From: Eledone cirrhosa
Lineage: Eukaryota
Assembly: GCA_964016885.1 (NCBI GenBank)
Contig: OZ024743.1
Coordinates: forward strand, 10,788,001-10,852,000
Reading direction: 5' to 3'
Length of the DNA stretch: 64,000 nucleotides
Part shown: positions 1-11,915 of the stretch, in pieces
Layout: each line of letters begins with the position of its first letter
Position numbering within the stretch: position 1 is the first letter of the stretch
Program-made: the position numbers and the translations under genes
Notes under the pieces: model-generated
Database searches by the model: none
What the model saw: only the letters and a program-made list of their open reading frames with translations
What the model was told of the DNA's origin: nothing

Positions 1-90
1 AATGCAATCTTCTCTCCTGAATGCAACATCTGCGACATCTAATACCTAATACTCAGTCTTTCTCTCAGCTCATCTAGGCTTCATCATTCA
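1..90 (-). mobile_element. RTE-clade LINE remnant (C-terminal ORF fragment, cut by window edge)
   Basis: Minus strand reads ...DELRERLSIR...RCCIQERRLH, matching INELRKKLEIRGIRCCLLERRL of the RTE copies at 16.2/19.2 kb. Confidence 0.55.
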
Positions 91-544
91 TGAATTCATG
101 AACATTAACATTACATATCCAGTAAAGCAGGCTTTATTCTTTAGAAACTTAAATATATATATAAATGTATATGTTTGAGTGTGTGTGTGTGTGTGTATTG
201 AAATATGTATGTCACACTCTCTCTCTCTATATATATATATACAAACACACACAAACAGATGCACACATACACACATACACTCACGCACCATGAACATGCA
301 CACATGATATAATACTATTGAAATATCATATTGTACAAGTGCTAATTTGAATTTATCGCAAGAAAATATTATTCTTTCATTATGTCCACATCTGTTGAAG
401 ACGTGTAAAGAGTGTTATTGTTTGACTACTGCTGCTATTTACTATTGAAAGCTGGTTTTCATAGAACTGAATAACTTAAGTAAGCAATACCAAGATATAC
501 CAATTTGTTTTTACAAAGTCAGTATCTGCATTCTATGTAGACTA

Positions 545-680
545 GATTTATACACTATATATACTTGCTGACAAACCAATAAGGATGAGTATATACAGAC
601 GTTCAGCATGCTAGAAATAGCAGCTAAATATCCCTCAAGTCACACCCTACTGTCTTAAAAGGAGAAAGACATCAGATAAT
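545..680 (+). repeat. Short dispersed repeat (core gctagaaatagcagctaaat...ccctcaa)
   Basis: Related copies by eye at ~13040-13145 (+), ~46030-46110 (-) and ~46340-46420 (-). Confidence 0.45.
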
Positions 681-699
681 ATGGTTCTAGTTGTTCTGT

Positions 700-1080
700 G
701 TCTAAATAATTGACACGTGTAGTGTGCCTTGCAAACATATAACAAGACAGATTCATGTACTACTAAAATGAGTCTGATATCAAGAGTGACTTCCAGATAT
801 ATAACATCTTTGCCACACAATGCTTTTTTGTTTTCTGACCTTGCTTTCCAAACTTGAAGATATTTGAAATTTACAAAAACTTTTAGAGGCTGTCCAGTAT
901 GTAATTTCATGATCACTGGGTCTGTATTATATAATTGTATAAGACCTGTTTTCTTAGTATTGATGAATAGAGCAGCTTTTTCAGCATCTTTCTCTTTTCT
1001 TGCTAGCAGTTCATGTGTCTTATGTATCTCTTCTGATAGTAAGGCATTATCATCATCATCATTTTTGCTATTAGTGAGCT
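700..1080 (-). mobile_element. Decayed RTE-type LINE reverse transcriptase fragment
   Basis: Translation DDNALLSEEIHKTHELLARKEKDAEKAALFINTKKT...NFKYL...ESVLLYVC corresponds to RT motif C/D, the FKYLG box and the VLLYG motif; similar to the 47.2-48.5 kb element. Confidence 0.7.
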
Positions 1081-1529
1081 TGAAACATGAAATATATTTT
1101 ATATATATTTCTTATTATATAAACATACATATTCATATATTATACATTTCTATGCCATACCAAAATACCAATATATATGTATATAGAATATGTGCTAATT
1201 TGAATTTATCACAAGAACACATTATTCTTTAAACTGCATTAAAACATACTCAGTTATGTGAAATTTTTCTTTGTTCTCTCTTTTAATATACTTTTCATAT
1301 ACTGTTGCTATTGCTTTGTTGTTGTTATTGATTTGTAGTAGTTATAGTTGGCTTGTTTTGTTGTTGTTATTATTGTTGCTTTAACAGTATATAAGAATCT
1401 AAATTAGTTATTAAGTATTCATAAAAGAAGCACATTAAGCTCAATTCAGAGGAATAATTTGTTGTTGTTGATAATGGGATGATGATGTTGCCATTATTAT
1501 TACTTTTACTGTTGTTGTTTATGATCATT

Positions 1530-2910
1530 GAACTGCTTTGCACAATTATTATTCATGCCTTCTACTGGTCCCCATCTGACCACATTGGAGCATTTACTTT
1601 TTGTGAAAGGGACATATTTCAATGGTCAGGCAATCCATCTGTAGTCAACACCTGCTATGTGGAGAACTAGACATGCTGTGGTTGATGATACATAAACATG
1701 CACTGAGTCTATAACATCTCCAACTTTTCCTTAACAGTGAACAAGTGATTTGACAGTATTTGTCTTTCTTGTTCAATATGACAATATCTTGTCAGTGATG
1801 CTCAATTACTGTGTCAGTCTGAAAATCATAATCCCAAAATATCATTGCTTTGTCATCCTCCTGCATTACTTTACAAGGCACATGCTCATACCTATTCTCT
1901 ATTATTTTGTACTGGTATTTATGACATAACAGCTAATGAAGGTACAAACAGACTTTATCATGGTGGCACTTTGTATTTTTTTTTTTTTTTTGCACAAGGT
2001 TTTCACACACACTTACCAAGTTGGGTATATTTTCCACATTCTTTCTACAGAGTCTGCACTTCTGGGTATAATGTTATACATCACCTAATTGGTAACAAGG
2101 GCTTGGTCTTGTGCTGCAAATTATAAGGCTTTTAGTGGTATACTTTAAATCACTTTGCTTACGCTATGTCTATGACATTGTTTTATTCTTGGTACCATGT
2201 GTACTTCTTTCAAACTGGCCATGCATTCTCATTTCCTGAAGATCTTTTCTCTTCTCTTCAACTCTTTGATTAAACTCTTCTTTAGAGCCATTTCAGCTGC
2301 AATTACACCCATATATTCTGTTGCATATTGCAACAATTCTTTGTCACTCTTTATCAAATATTCTGCAACTGTTCTCCTTTCACTCCTTATACTGACGAGA
2401 CCTCTACCAGCATTCTTTCTATTCATTTATATGTTCTTTAGAGTGTAAAGCACTCTACAATGTCATTAACTTTCTTGTCTTCCTATCCAACTTTGCTATT
2501 TCTTCTTCAATCCAACTAAGAATGGACACACTATATCTAGCCACTGCAACTGCCCAGATATTCATTGCAATGACTAGATTTCTCACATTCAGGCATAATA
2601 TTTAAATCATTTTTACTGGGTCTCTAACCTTTTCTGTCATTTCTGCATGTAAAATGTCATCCAGTTCTAAAAATCCCCAAATACTTGTATCCATTATCTT
2701 CTGTTACCCCTATTGTTCCCTCGATGGCAGCCTTAATCCACTATAACCTGATTTTTATATTGAACACAGAGCATTTGGAAATCCTAAATTCCATACTGAT
2801 GTCACTGAACTATTTTAACCAAAGAATCTTGTTGGTTATCGAACTTCCCAAAGAGTTTCAAGTCATCCATAAACAGAAGATGGTTTATGAATGGTCCTTT
2901 TTTCCATATT
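1530..2910 (-). mobile_element. Decayed R4/Dong-type (RLE) non-LTR retrotransposon fragment
   Basis: NHLLFMDDLKLFGK near 2850-2885, GYKYLGI near 2670-2695, RKNAGRGLVSI (ORF 2229-2426); same motifs as the 26-29 kb element. Confidence 0.75.
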
Positions 2911-3129
2911 GTTAACCCATTTTAACTTTCTTCAGTGTCAGTGTTATAGTTATAATGCCTTTTTGAGGTCTACAAAACCGGAATATACATCTTGGCAATA
3001 CTTCCATGATTTCTCAAAGACTTGCCGCAGTGTGAATATTTGGTCAGCTGTGCTGCATCCAGGGCAAAAACCGCACTATTCCTCAGCTAACTTGGACTCA
3101 ACAATCTCCCTACATCTCTTTGCCAGGCA

Positions 3130-3345
3130 CTTACCAGTTAAAGAGCTCAAATGTGGCAAGGCCACTGGGGAAGATGAAATCTGGTCTGAGATGTTAAAAG
3201 CCTTAAAAAGTAAAGATAATCTTTGGCTGACTCATGTGTGCCGGATTGCCTGGATTTATGGAAAATCCCCTAAGCAATGGTAATCGGAAGTGATAGTCCC
3301 AATCTTCAAAAAGAGAGACATGAGAGATTGTTCCAATTACAGAGG
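3130..3345 (+). mobile_element. RTE LINE fragment (RT domain 0/1 region)
   Basis: LKCGKATGEDEIWSEMLKAL...PKQW*SEVIVPIFKKRDMRDCSNYRG. Confidence 0.75.
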
Positions 3346-3689
3346 GATGCTGTAATTGGTTCCAGCTTCACTCACACCATTATTTCATTATTGTTTCGCA
3401 TCATAATTCCATGAGAGTGATTTGTAGGGTTTTCCTTCCCACGAGTATTTTTATTGAGATACCATCTCTATATAACCTGCCTTTCCAGGCTAAAGAGTGT
3501 TTTTTGCTAATAATAATAATAATAATTATTATTATTTCTTGAAACTTCCTTTGAATTCTGCTTCTTTTGCAAACCATGCCGAGTGTCAACCTAACACCTG
3601 AGGCAAAATATGATAATACATGCATTTTACAATCAAATGTCATACAGATGATGCCAAAGGGCACAAACATCAGTAAATGTCTTTGCAAA

Positions 3690-4310
3690 GTTTTAAAATT
3701 GATAACGCCTTTCTCAGGACATAGATAATGCCTGGCAGCACTATTTCGGAGATGGTTTTCCAGGTATCCAGTTGAAATATTTTTTGGTTCCTTTTTTTAT
3801 CATTCCAAGTGCACCGACTATCACTGGTATTGTACTGGCCTTAAGATGCCAAATTTTCACAATTTCAATTGATAGATCTTTATGCTTACTGAGCTTTCTG
3901 AACTCTTTCGAGGAGTTGCTATGATCTCATGGAATGTTCATGTCAATTAAGAAACATGTTTTCTGGTTATGGTCCTTCACAATTATATCAGGTCTGTTAC
4001 CCTTGATGGTTCTGTCAATATTCACAGGAAAATCCCGTTGGAATGTCATGTTCTTTGCATTTGTTACTGCATCTAGGTGATGGGTGTACCATTTTCCCTC
4101 TGTTTTCAGACCATAAAACCTGCACATTACCCAGTGTAAGTATTGCCCCACTCTATCATGCCTTGTTTCATATTCCTGGGGAACTAATATTTGCAGCCTG
4201 AACCCAGGTGACCAATAGTCTCAACATGGTCATCACAGAATTGACATTTTGAATCAATTCCTTTTCTGATCACATTGGCTTCAAAGTTGCACTTTGAAAG
4301 ACACTGGAAG
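3690..4310 (-). mobile_element. R4/Dong-type 3' fragment: CCHC knuckle plus restriction-like endonuclease
   Basis: CQFCDDHVETIGHLGSGC, NRPDIIVKDHNQKTCFLIDMNIP, VIVGALG; (TAA)n lies just downstream at ~3508-3535. Confidence 0.8.
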
Positions 4311-4540
4311 CTGTTTCTTTGGTTTTAATTTTAAGTTTTTTCTTAACATTTTTTTTTTTTTGGGGGGGGGGGGATACACACCAAGACCCACATTGTACCG
4401 TCCTGTGCTGTCCTTAATGTGTTTTTTTTTGTAAACCCTTTGTGGTTAATAAAGAAATCATTATTATTATCAACATCATTATCATCATCATTATTATTGT
4501 TGTTGTTGTTGTTGTTGTTGTTGTTATTATTATTTCAAAG

Positions 4541-4722
4541 AGGGTGGTGGATTGTCAGTATCAGTAAAGGGTCGGATGCCATGCTTAGCACTTTACGGTC
4601 TGAGTTCAAATCCCGCCGAGGTTAACTTTGCCTTTCATCCTTACGGGGTCGATAAAATAAAGTACCAGTAATACACTGGGATAATTGCTGGCCTTGTGCC
4701 AAAAATAGAAACAGTTATTATT
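4541..4722 (+). mobile_element. tRNA-derived SINE, family A
   Basis: B-box GAGTTCAAATCC, core gccgaggttaactttgcctttcatcc...gtcgataaaataaagtaccagt, tail gctggccttgtgcc...tagaaac plus (TTA)n; many copies in the window. Confidence 0.85.
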
Positions 4723-4906
4723 ATTTCAAAAATTATATAAAGTAGATTTCAAAGTGAATTGATGTATTAGAGCTATTATTGTACTTTAACTACCTCTTCA
4801 CAAAACTTGACCTAGAATAAAACTATTTCTTCTACTGCACTCATTCTTCTTGGTCTTGTTGTTATTTCTATTTATGATTATTATTATTATTATTAAAATA
4901 AAGAAA

Positions 4907-4951
<45 letters not shown>

Positions 4952-6619
4952 GCTTTTTTTTCTCTGGTGAATTGATGAATCTGGAATGAAAAATGTAAAA
5001 ATAAAGTATCAAGAAAATTTATTTTATTTTCATATTTGTATATGAAAGGAAAGAGAATGATTCTTATTTTATTTCATTTATTTATTTTATTTTTTTGCTT
5101 CAGTTTAAAATCAGGGCACTTGGCAATGTGTCTGAAGTTAAGGATGTTAAGACATTTACTTATACTTTAAATGTTGAAAAAGATGAAAAACTGTTCCTTA
5201 GAAATCTTGTTTTTATTTTCTTTTTCTTTAAATTTATTTATATATTTTTCTTTTGTTTTCTTTTTTAAATTTTATTTTTATTTTTATTACTATGTACAAT
5301 ATCTGAAGATTTATTCTCTATATCAGGAAATATGACTTTGGGCAAAAATGTGATTGAATAGTAGAGCTATGTGCACTAGAAATACTTCTGCAATCATAAA
5401 GCTGTAGATTGTCAATTTAGAATTTTGATAGTCTCTGCAAAAGGGACTAATACCAGCAAGTTATAATATATATCAAGACAAATCTTTTTTACTTCCAGCA
5501 TTTTTGTCACTTCATTCTTTCATACACACCTTGCAACAATCATAAGCAAAACTTTTTTCTTCCTTCTAGCTTAGATTTAATTTTTTCTTATTTTTTTTAT
5601 TAATCTTACAGCATACCATTATACAGATCTTCTCATAACTATGACAATATTGCCTTGAAACATATATATTCTTTGGTCTCTGTATTTATGAATTCCTTGT
5701 CATACTTCAAAAAATACTCAACATGCTTTATTCAATACATTTACCTCCATTAATATACCCTTTCTGACGCCTAACTGCTTCAAGAACATCTTATTATTGC
5801 CCAAAGTCTTCTTCTTCTTCTTCTTCTTCTTCTTCTATATATATGTATGAATACATATATATACAGGGAATAGATCTTTTATATATATATTATTGAAAAC
5901 GTAACTACTTTCTAGTTTCAATTTTTTAATAAATTTTGTGTCAAGATCAATATCCAATATGGTGCTAGCTACATGAGCATACACACGTAATGAACATGTG
6001 ACTTTTGATGTGCAAGTCTAACAATCAAACACTAGTAAGAAAAGCATAGAAAGATGGCAAAGTAAGAACTGCATATAACTTTATAAATTACTTTGCCTAT
6101 AATAAAAATAGAAGAAAAATAAACCAACAACGTTCCTTGTCAGTTGTCGTTTTAATGTAGTTATCATAAAAATATTGTGGTACGTACCTCTTTAGGAGTA
6201 AAAGTATGTGGGTAAAGGGTTGGATGTGTAGCTTGGGTAGGTGCATGTGTTATTAATTTTATTTAATGATGGTATGTGTGATTTGGTGTGTCACTGTCAG
6301 CTTAAGTGCTTCGATAAGAGTTAGTTCTGTCTGTGTGTATTTCTGGGTGCTAGTGGGGTCTGCTGGTGAAGTTTGTGTGGAGTTGTGCTCATGTGTGCTT
6401 AAGTGCTAGTTCTGTGTTAATTCCTGCATGCTATTAGAGTATGCTATTGAAATTTGTGTGGAGCTGTGCTCATTTGTGCATATGTGATATGTAGAACTAG
6501 CTATGTATTTGCCAGTGTGGATGCATAACAGTTTGTCCAAATGCACTATGATAACCTAGGGTGTATGTTGCAGTGTGTATAATGTACAATGAATGTTGAG
6601 AAAAGTGTCTTACACTCCT

Positions 6620-7900
6620 GGATCGGGAGAAGGTCTGAAGTTAAGGTAGGTTTTGTAAATCCAGTGTTTGCATGAGGTCACAAGTTCATCGTTTTTATTA
6701 ATAATTGTTCCTTGATGAACAACATTTAGATTATCTTCTCAGAGCATAAATTGCATGGGCGGCATCCTACTGTGTTAAGGTTTGGCCTTGGACAAGGGAC
6801 TTCAATTCAGTTCATAGGTGATGTTGTTTTTGTGGAGATCTTAAATATGGCTAGATAGTGTTGTAGCATTTCTTATTTGGTATGTTCTTGACATTGCACT
6901 TGTACATGAGGTTCTGCTGCCGACATTTGTTGTTTAAATGACTATGTTTTTTGTTTATGCAATTACATTGCCTGGATTCCTCCACACTGAGGTAAGAATG
7001 GGGTCTATTAGAATTGAGTTTGGCAGTGTTTGAGGACGCAATTATTTGTGCAAATTTGGGAGTAGTGCTGGAAGAAAGTTTGGTTGTGTTTTTATTGATG
7101 ATGTGGGAGCAATGTTGTGGTAGGAAGTGTTTATTGCGAAGTTTGAAAGGACTTCAGCATTGTGAGGAGGATTAAGCCACATTATGTTGTGTGATATTTT
7201 GGGCGTAATATATTGTGGCCTCCAAGAATTGTTTATTAATTGAGGCATAGAAATTCTTGATATTGTACAGGATAAATGAAGTATTCTCTCTGTTGGCAAT
7301 ACTTTGGAACCAGGTGATGGCTTCTTGTGTACTATTCCATAGGTTGTTGTTTAACTTTGGGTAAAATTTTATCCATACGTCTGACTTTGTTGGGTTTATA
7401 AGACAAATGAAGTTGCGATGGTTTGTGATCGAAGTCTGGTTTATGGTTCTTGTGGGTAAAATAAGGAATGCATGGGTCGAGATGTTCAGTTTGATCTAAG
7501 TTATTGAGGCTGGAGGTGATATTGCATCCCTCTGCATTTATCTCCTGGATGATACAAGAATTTGACTTTCTGTAGGTGGAAGTCAAGCTGTTCTTAATTA
7601 GGGAATTGTAACTGCCTGGGTTGACAAAATATAAATTGCTGGTTTTGTCAAAGTGCACAAGGATAGTGTCGGTTCTTTGATACTTGCGTTTCTTATTGTG
7701 GAGATGTTGTTGGATGTGGTTGCTATGGTGCTTGAACTTAACACCTTTGAATATGTCTGCCTTGAACAGCGAGAGCAGAGGGATTGGCTGAGGTGCCCTG
7801 TAGATTTTGAAGCTGTATTTATCCTTTTGGTCAAGCTCCTGTGTATTGGGGGTCTGTCATAGGTGAATGCGCAGCATCTCAAGCATTTCACGAACATATT
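6620..7900 (-). mobile_element. Penelope-like element (PLE), decayed and internally deleted
   Basis: DKTSNLY...HKNHKPDF, WNSTQEAITWF...NIKNFYASI (RT motif A), HNIMWLNPP, CNC...HLNNKC...NLMYKC, TTLSSHI, CNLCSEK...NKNDELVTSCKH: PLE RT N-terminus and GIY-YIG-region motifs. Confidence 0.75.
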
Positions 7901-8006
7901 GATTTTTGTGTGGGGGTCCTTAAGTAGATTTTTCTCTGTAGAATTGGAATGTTCTTAGTCGAAATGTCAATGGTCTGTTGTCACATGGTGCATTCAGTAA
8001 CCACAC

Positions 8007-8096
8007 CCACTGATGATACAGCCAGTTATCTGCCAATTTCTTCAGCAATCAGTCTGGAACTAGCTGTTGAAATGGCAAGAGCTCTGCCATCAGGCT
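8007..8096 (+). ncRNA. Type I hammerhead ribozyme motif next to the PLE (stem I degraded)
   Basis: CTGATGA 8010-8016; stem II acagc..agtt/aact..gctgt; GAAA 8069-8072; stem III tggca/tgcca; TC at 8090-8091. Confidence 0.6.
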
Positions 8097-8139
8097 CCCA
8101 ACTCTTTATAATATATACACACACACACACACATTCACA

Positions 8140-8500
8140 CCATCATCATCATCACCATTTAACATCAATTTTCCTGCCTGTATAGGTTAGATGGCTGTCT
8201 TATGCTAGGGTCGGACTAGTCAAGTCCTCCTGCTCATACACTTTGTTGTGACTTGGTTTCTATGGCTAGATGCCCTTCCTAATGCTAAACACCATTAACT
8301 GGGAACATGGTTTTTATCATAGATTGCCCTTCCCAACACCAACCACATTAGAGGGTGTACTGTGAACATGGTTTTTATGGCTGGATGCCTTTCCTAATGC
8401 CAACCATCTCACAGAATGTACTGGAAGCATATTATCATGACTCCAGCACTACAAATTTACAGAGTAGACTGGGTGCTTTTATTATAGCACCAGAGCACTA
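8140..8500 (-). mobile_element. Old RTE 3'-UTR-like / RTE-tailed repeat
   Basis: (CAT)n tail and three diverged copies of ggatgcccttcctaa..ccaacc, the reverse complement of the module in the RTE 3' UTR at 16.7 kb. Confidence 0.55.
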
Positions 8501-9992
8501 CCTCATTACAGCACTAGTGTGATCAATGAAGGCCATGCTGCGGAGACAATAGTGGTGTTGGAGCTGGGTTACTGATATTGCACTGCTGGAAGGAGGTGAG
8601 TCATTGTGGTTGCCTTGAAGTAAGTAGATATATATATATACATATACATATACATACACATAGACACACATACACGCATACACACATACATGCTCACATA
8701 CATATCATATATTATGAGTATCTTCCATTCTGTAATCCATGTATATTATGGTGCTATAAAAATGCTGATTAAATGTCGAAATAGAATATAGTTCTATAAA
8801 ATGTTGAACTAAGCTTCATTTAGCAAGCTATCTCTGTGTAATACATACAACAATATCAACCCTTTCAAATATTCCATGAATTCAAGAGAGGGTCATTACA
8901 GTTGAATTAATTCATAACCAAAATATACTCAAGCAAAGGTTATACAGATAAAAAATAAGTTCTATGTGGAACATTTGTGCTGTCACATTTTCAATTATGG
9001 AAAATAACTTTAGAAAAATGTTATTCTAGTTTTCAACTTTTTCTTCCACTGTCTGCTGAGGCATATATTTGGTGACCTTTTTACAGTTTAATATAGCTAA
9101 GTAACTTCATGAAAGAAAGTGCTCCCTATCATATGACAGACAAAAAAAATGTAAAAATGTTTTAAATCTATCAATTTTGCAAGCACAATACACTTTAGTG
9201 TAAACAACTTTCAATGAAACATCAGCTGGCAACGATAAAATATTTTTCAATGATAAATATTTACCTTCTTATTTCCTTTTACATTGAAATTTGATTGTTG
9301 TTCAGGGAAGATATTTGACACCTTTCATTTTTAATATATTATTTATATTTAATAAATGTAAATGTCTTTAAAACCTGAAAGAATTTTTAAGAGTTAGTAA
9401 TTTTAACTCTTTTGATATTAACCTGTCAAATACAATCTTGGTTTTATGACACACAGGTCCTTGTTTTGTAGTGTTCATATTCAAATTAAAGTCTGTCATC
9501 ATAATTTTACTTGAGAAACTCGCATTCAATAATACTCCGAACATCATTTTAAAATGAAAAAAATTAATTATTTTATTAAACCCTTCAAAAGTCTTGATTA
9601 TTTTAAATGTCAAATGAAACATATAGGCAGCGTATTTCATTAGAAATATAGCCATAAAGGGTTAAGAATTGGGCGAAGAATTGAAAATCGGTATCTTTTA
9701 TTGGAAACATTGTAATGAAATGGTTAAAAGGATGTAGCTCTATGGTGGAAAAATTTAGGGAAAAATATTTAGCATCAGATGTTGAAGATATGATGCTGTG
9801 AGGAGTTTGGGAGTGAAATTTGTGTTGGCTTTGAGTGAGCAAAACCAGAAAACATACCCTGTTGTAGTAGCAATAGGAAATACAGGGAGAGATTGGTATA
9901 TAGTGCTGATTTGTGGAGATTTACTTATTAAATGGACAATATTATGCAAACTTTAATTGAAAAACTGTATGGAGGGGGAGGGGGTGACACAA

Positions 9993-10138
9993 GCATGGCT
10001 CAGTGGTTAAGATCATTTTGTAGTTCAGTGTTCAATCCAACTGCTTAACTTTTGTGTCAAGGGTGTTTCACTATAGCCTCAGGTTGACCCAAACCTTTAA
10101 GTAAAATTGGATAGACAAAACCTATGTGAAAACTTGTT
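9993..10138 (+). mobile_element. tRNA-derived SINE, family B
   Basis: A-box TGGCTCAGTGG, B-box-like GTTCAATCC, core ctatagcctcaggttgacc; related copies at 58945-59090 (-) and 62085-62230 (+). Confidence 0.6.
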
Positions 10139-10992
10139 TGATAGGGTACAGCTGCAATTCAAAAGTCCAGCATTGTCACAAATTGCATAATCCTGATTTT
10201 GAAAATTATTTTACAGGCACACTTGTTGATGAAATACTCAGCCATTCCAATGTTAAGCTAATGAGGAAAAACGTTTTGTCACTAAAACAATTGAGTGCTC
10301 ATAATTATGATTATAATCAAAACTGATGGATGATCCATCACATGTACACGTATGTGTGTTCTGAACATATGTGAGAATGTATATGAGTATGTGTGTATGT
10401 CCTATGAATACAGAAACCCAGATATGTTTTTATATTAAACCCATAAGTTTTTATATTAAAAAATGTGTAACTATACTAGAGTCAAGTTATAGGGAGGGGT
10501 ATTCTAAAGAGGGAGGAAATTCTGCATTATACTAAAAGGAAGAAGTCAATAGTCAGATTAGACCAAGGAAACTATGCTTCCATTTGTCGCTACATTGTCG
10601 ATACTACCTGCTGGGTACAACTCCAGGCAGCATCACCACTTTTCCAGTTTTAAGAGGCAGGATTTAACTCAAAAATGCACAGAGCCAGAACAGTTATCTC
10701 AAAGCATCCTATCCAGCATGTTAACAATCCTGCAATCTGCTGCTTGTGGACTAGCAATGTTATTTATCTACTCAAAATGCAGAAAGTCAGGAGAAATAGG
10801 CTATAATGACTCTACCTATTAACCACATTTGAAAACAGTGAAACCATTGTAAAATTGTTTTCTTAGTTCAGAATTCTGAATGACTGGAGCAAATAATGAG
10901 TTATAATAACAATATTTTCTTCTACAGAATTATTATATAAAGGCTATGTTTACCAAACAGGATTGTGAGATTAATCAGCAATAAGGATGAAA

Positions 10993-11107
10993 TCTTCTTC
11001 TTCTTCTTCTTCTTCTTCTTCTTCTTCTTCTTCTTCTTCTTCTTCTTCTTCTTCTTCTTCTTCTTCTTCTCCTCCTCCTCCTCCTCCTCCTCCTCCTCCT
11101 CCTCCTT

Positions 11108-11179
<72 letters not shown>

Positions 11180-11200
11180 TTCGTCCTCCTCCACCTCCTC
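10993..11200. repeat. Compound microsatellite (TTC)n(TCC)n(ATC)n
   Basis: Seen directly; explains the poly-F/S/K/E/D/H ORFs. Confidence 0.95.
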
Positions 11201-11234
11201 TGTATCCTCAAGTATTTCCCTACTTGCTTCTTTT

Positions 11235-11580
11235 ACCATCTCTTTTGTAAGGTATAGTTTCTTGAGATCAACACTCACCACCTCTATCCCTATATTTCTT
11301 GGTCTTCTTTTTACATGGCTTCCTTTAACTTGGAACTCCTAACACTTCTTCACCCAACAATCATCCCTTCCAGCTTCTCTGCAATTTCATTCATCCTGTC
11401 TTTCACTGTGCTCATATTGATAGTAGCAGCTCTGAAATCTGTTGGTTGACATTAGTTGTAACATTCTTTGGTGGTTGTGCTCTGGAATTGTGCAACTGCT
11501 TGATAATGGTCAAGAGATTCTCACACATGGCCAGATGTTTCTACACACCATCCAACTTCCATGTGCAGCACTATCATGGT
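11235..11580 (-). mobile_element. Old RTE 3' ORF remnant
   Basis: DDCWVKKC*EFQVKGSHVKRRPR...DLKKLYLTKEM parallels DDSCITKCRAIKIDGSHGVGRPR...DLTRLHLCKTM. Confidence 0.6.
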
Positions 11581-11726
11581 TAGTGTTAACCCTGTATATG
11601 CAGTCAGTGTTTGTTCTACTAGTGTAATGTTCTACTGAAGAGATCAGAATAAGGCTAAAATATGACTGGAGTTATCTCCTGTACTTGCTGGGCAAATGAA
11701 AATATTAATCATTGAATATTATTGAT

Positions 11727-11915
11727 GTGGATTGGCAGTATCGGCAGAGGGTCGGACGCCATGCTTTGATGCATAGAGTTATGGCCCTTGCCATTCTGAG
11801 TTCAAATCCCGCCGAGGTTAACTTTGCCTTTCATCCTTATGGGGTCGATAAAATAAAGTACCAGTAATTCACTGGGTATTTGCTGGCCTTGTACCAAAAG
11901 TAGAAACAATTATTA
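11727..11915 (+). mobile_element. SINE family A, young copy
   Basis: Nearly identical to the reverse complement of 56858-57039. Confidence 0.85.

Noticed and set aside
5105-5215. Plus-strand exon FKIRALGNVSEVKDVKTF...
   Set aside because: Acceptor-like site, but no donor or recognisable homology; the frame runs into T-rich low-complexity DNA
10922-11342. Poly-D/E/K, poly-S and poly-H ORFs
   Set aside because: Translations of a compound microsatellite
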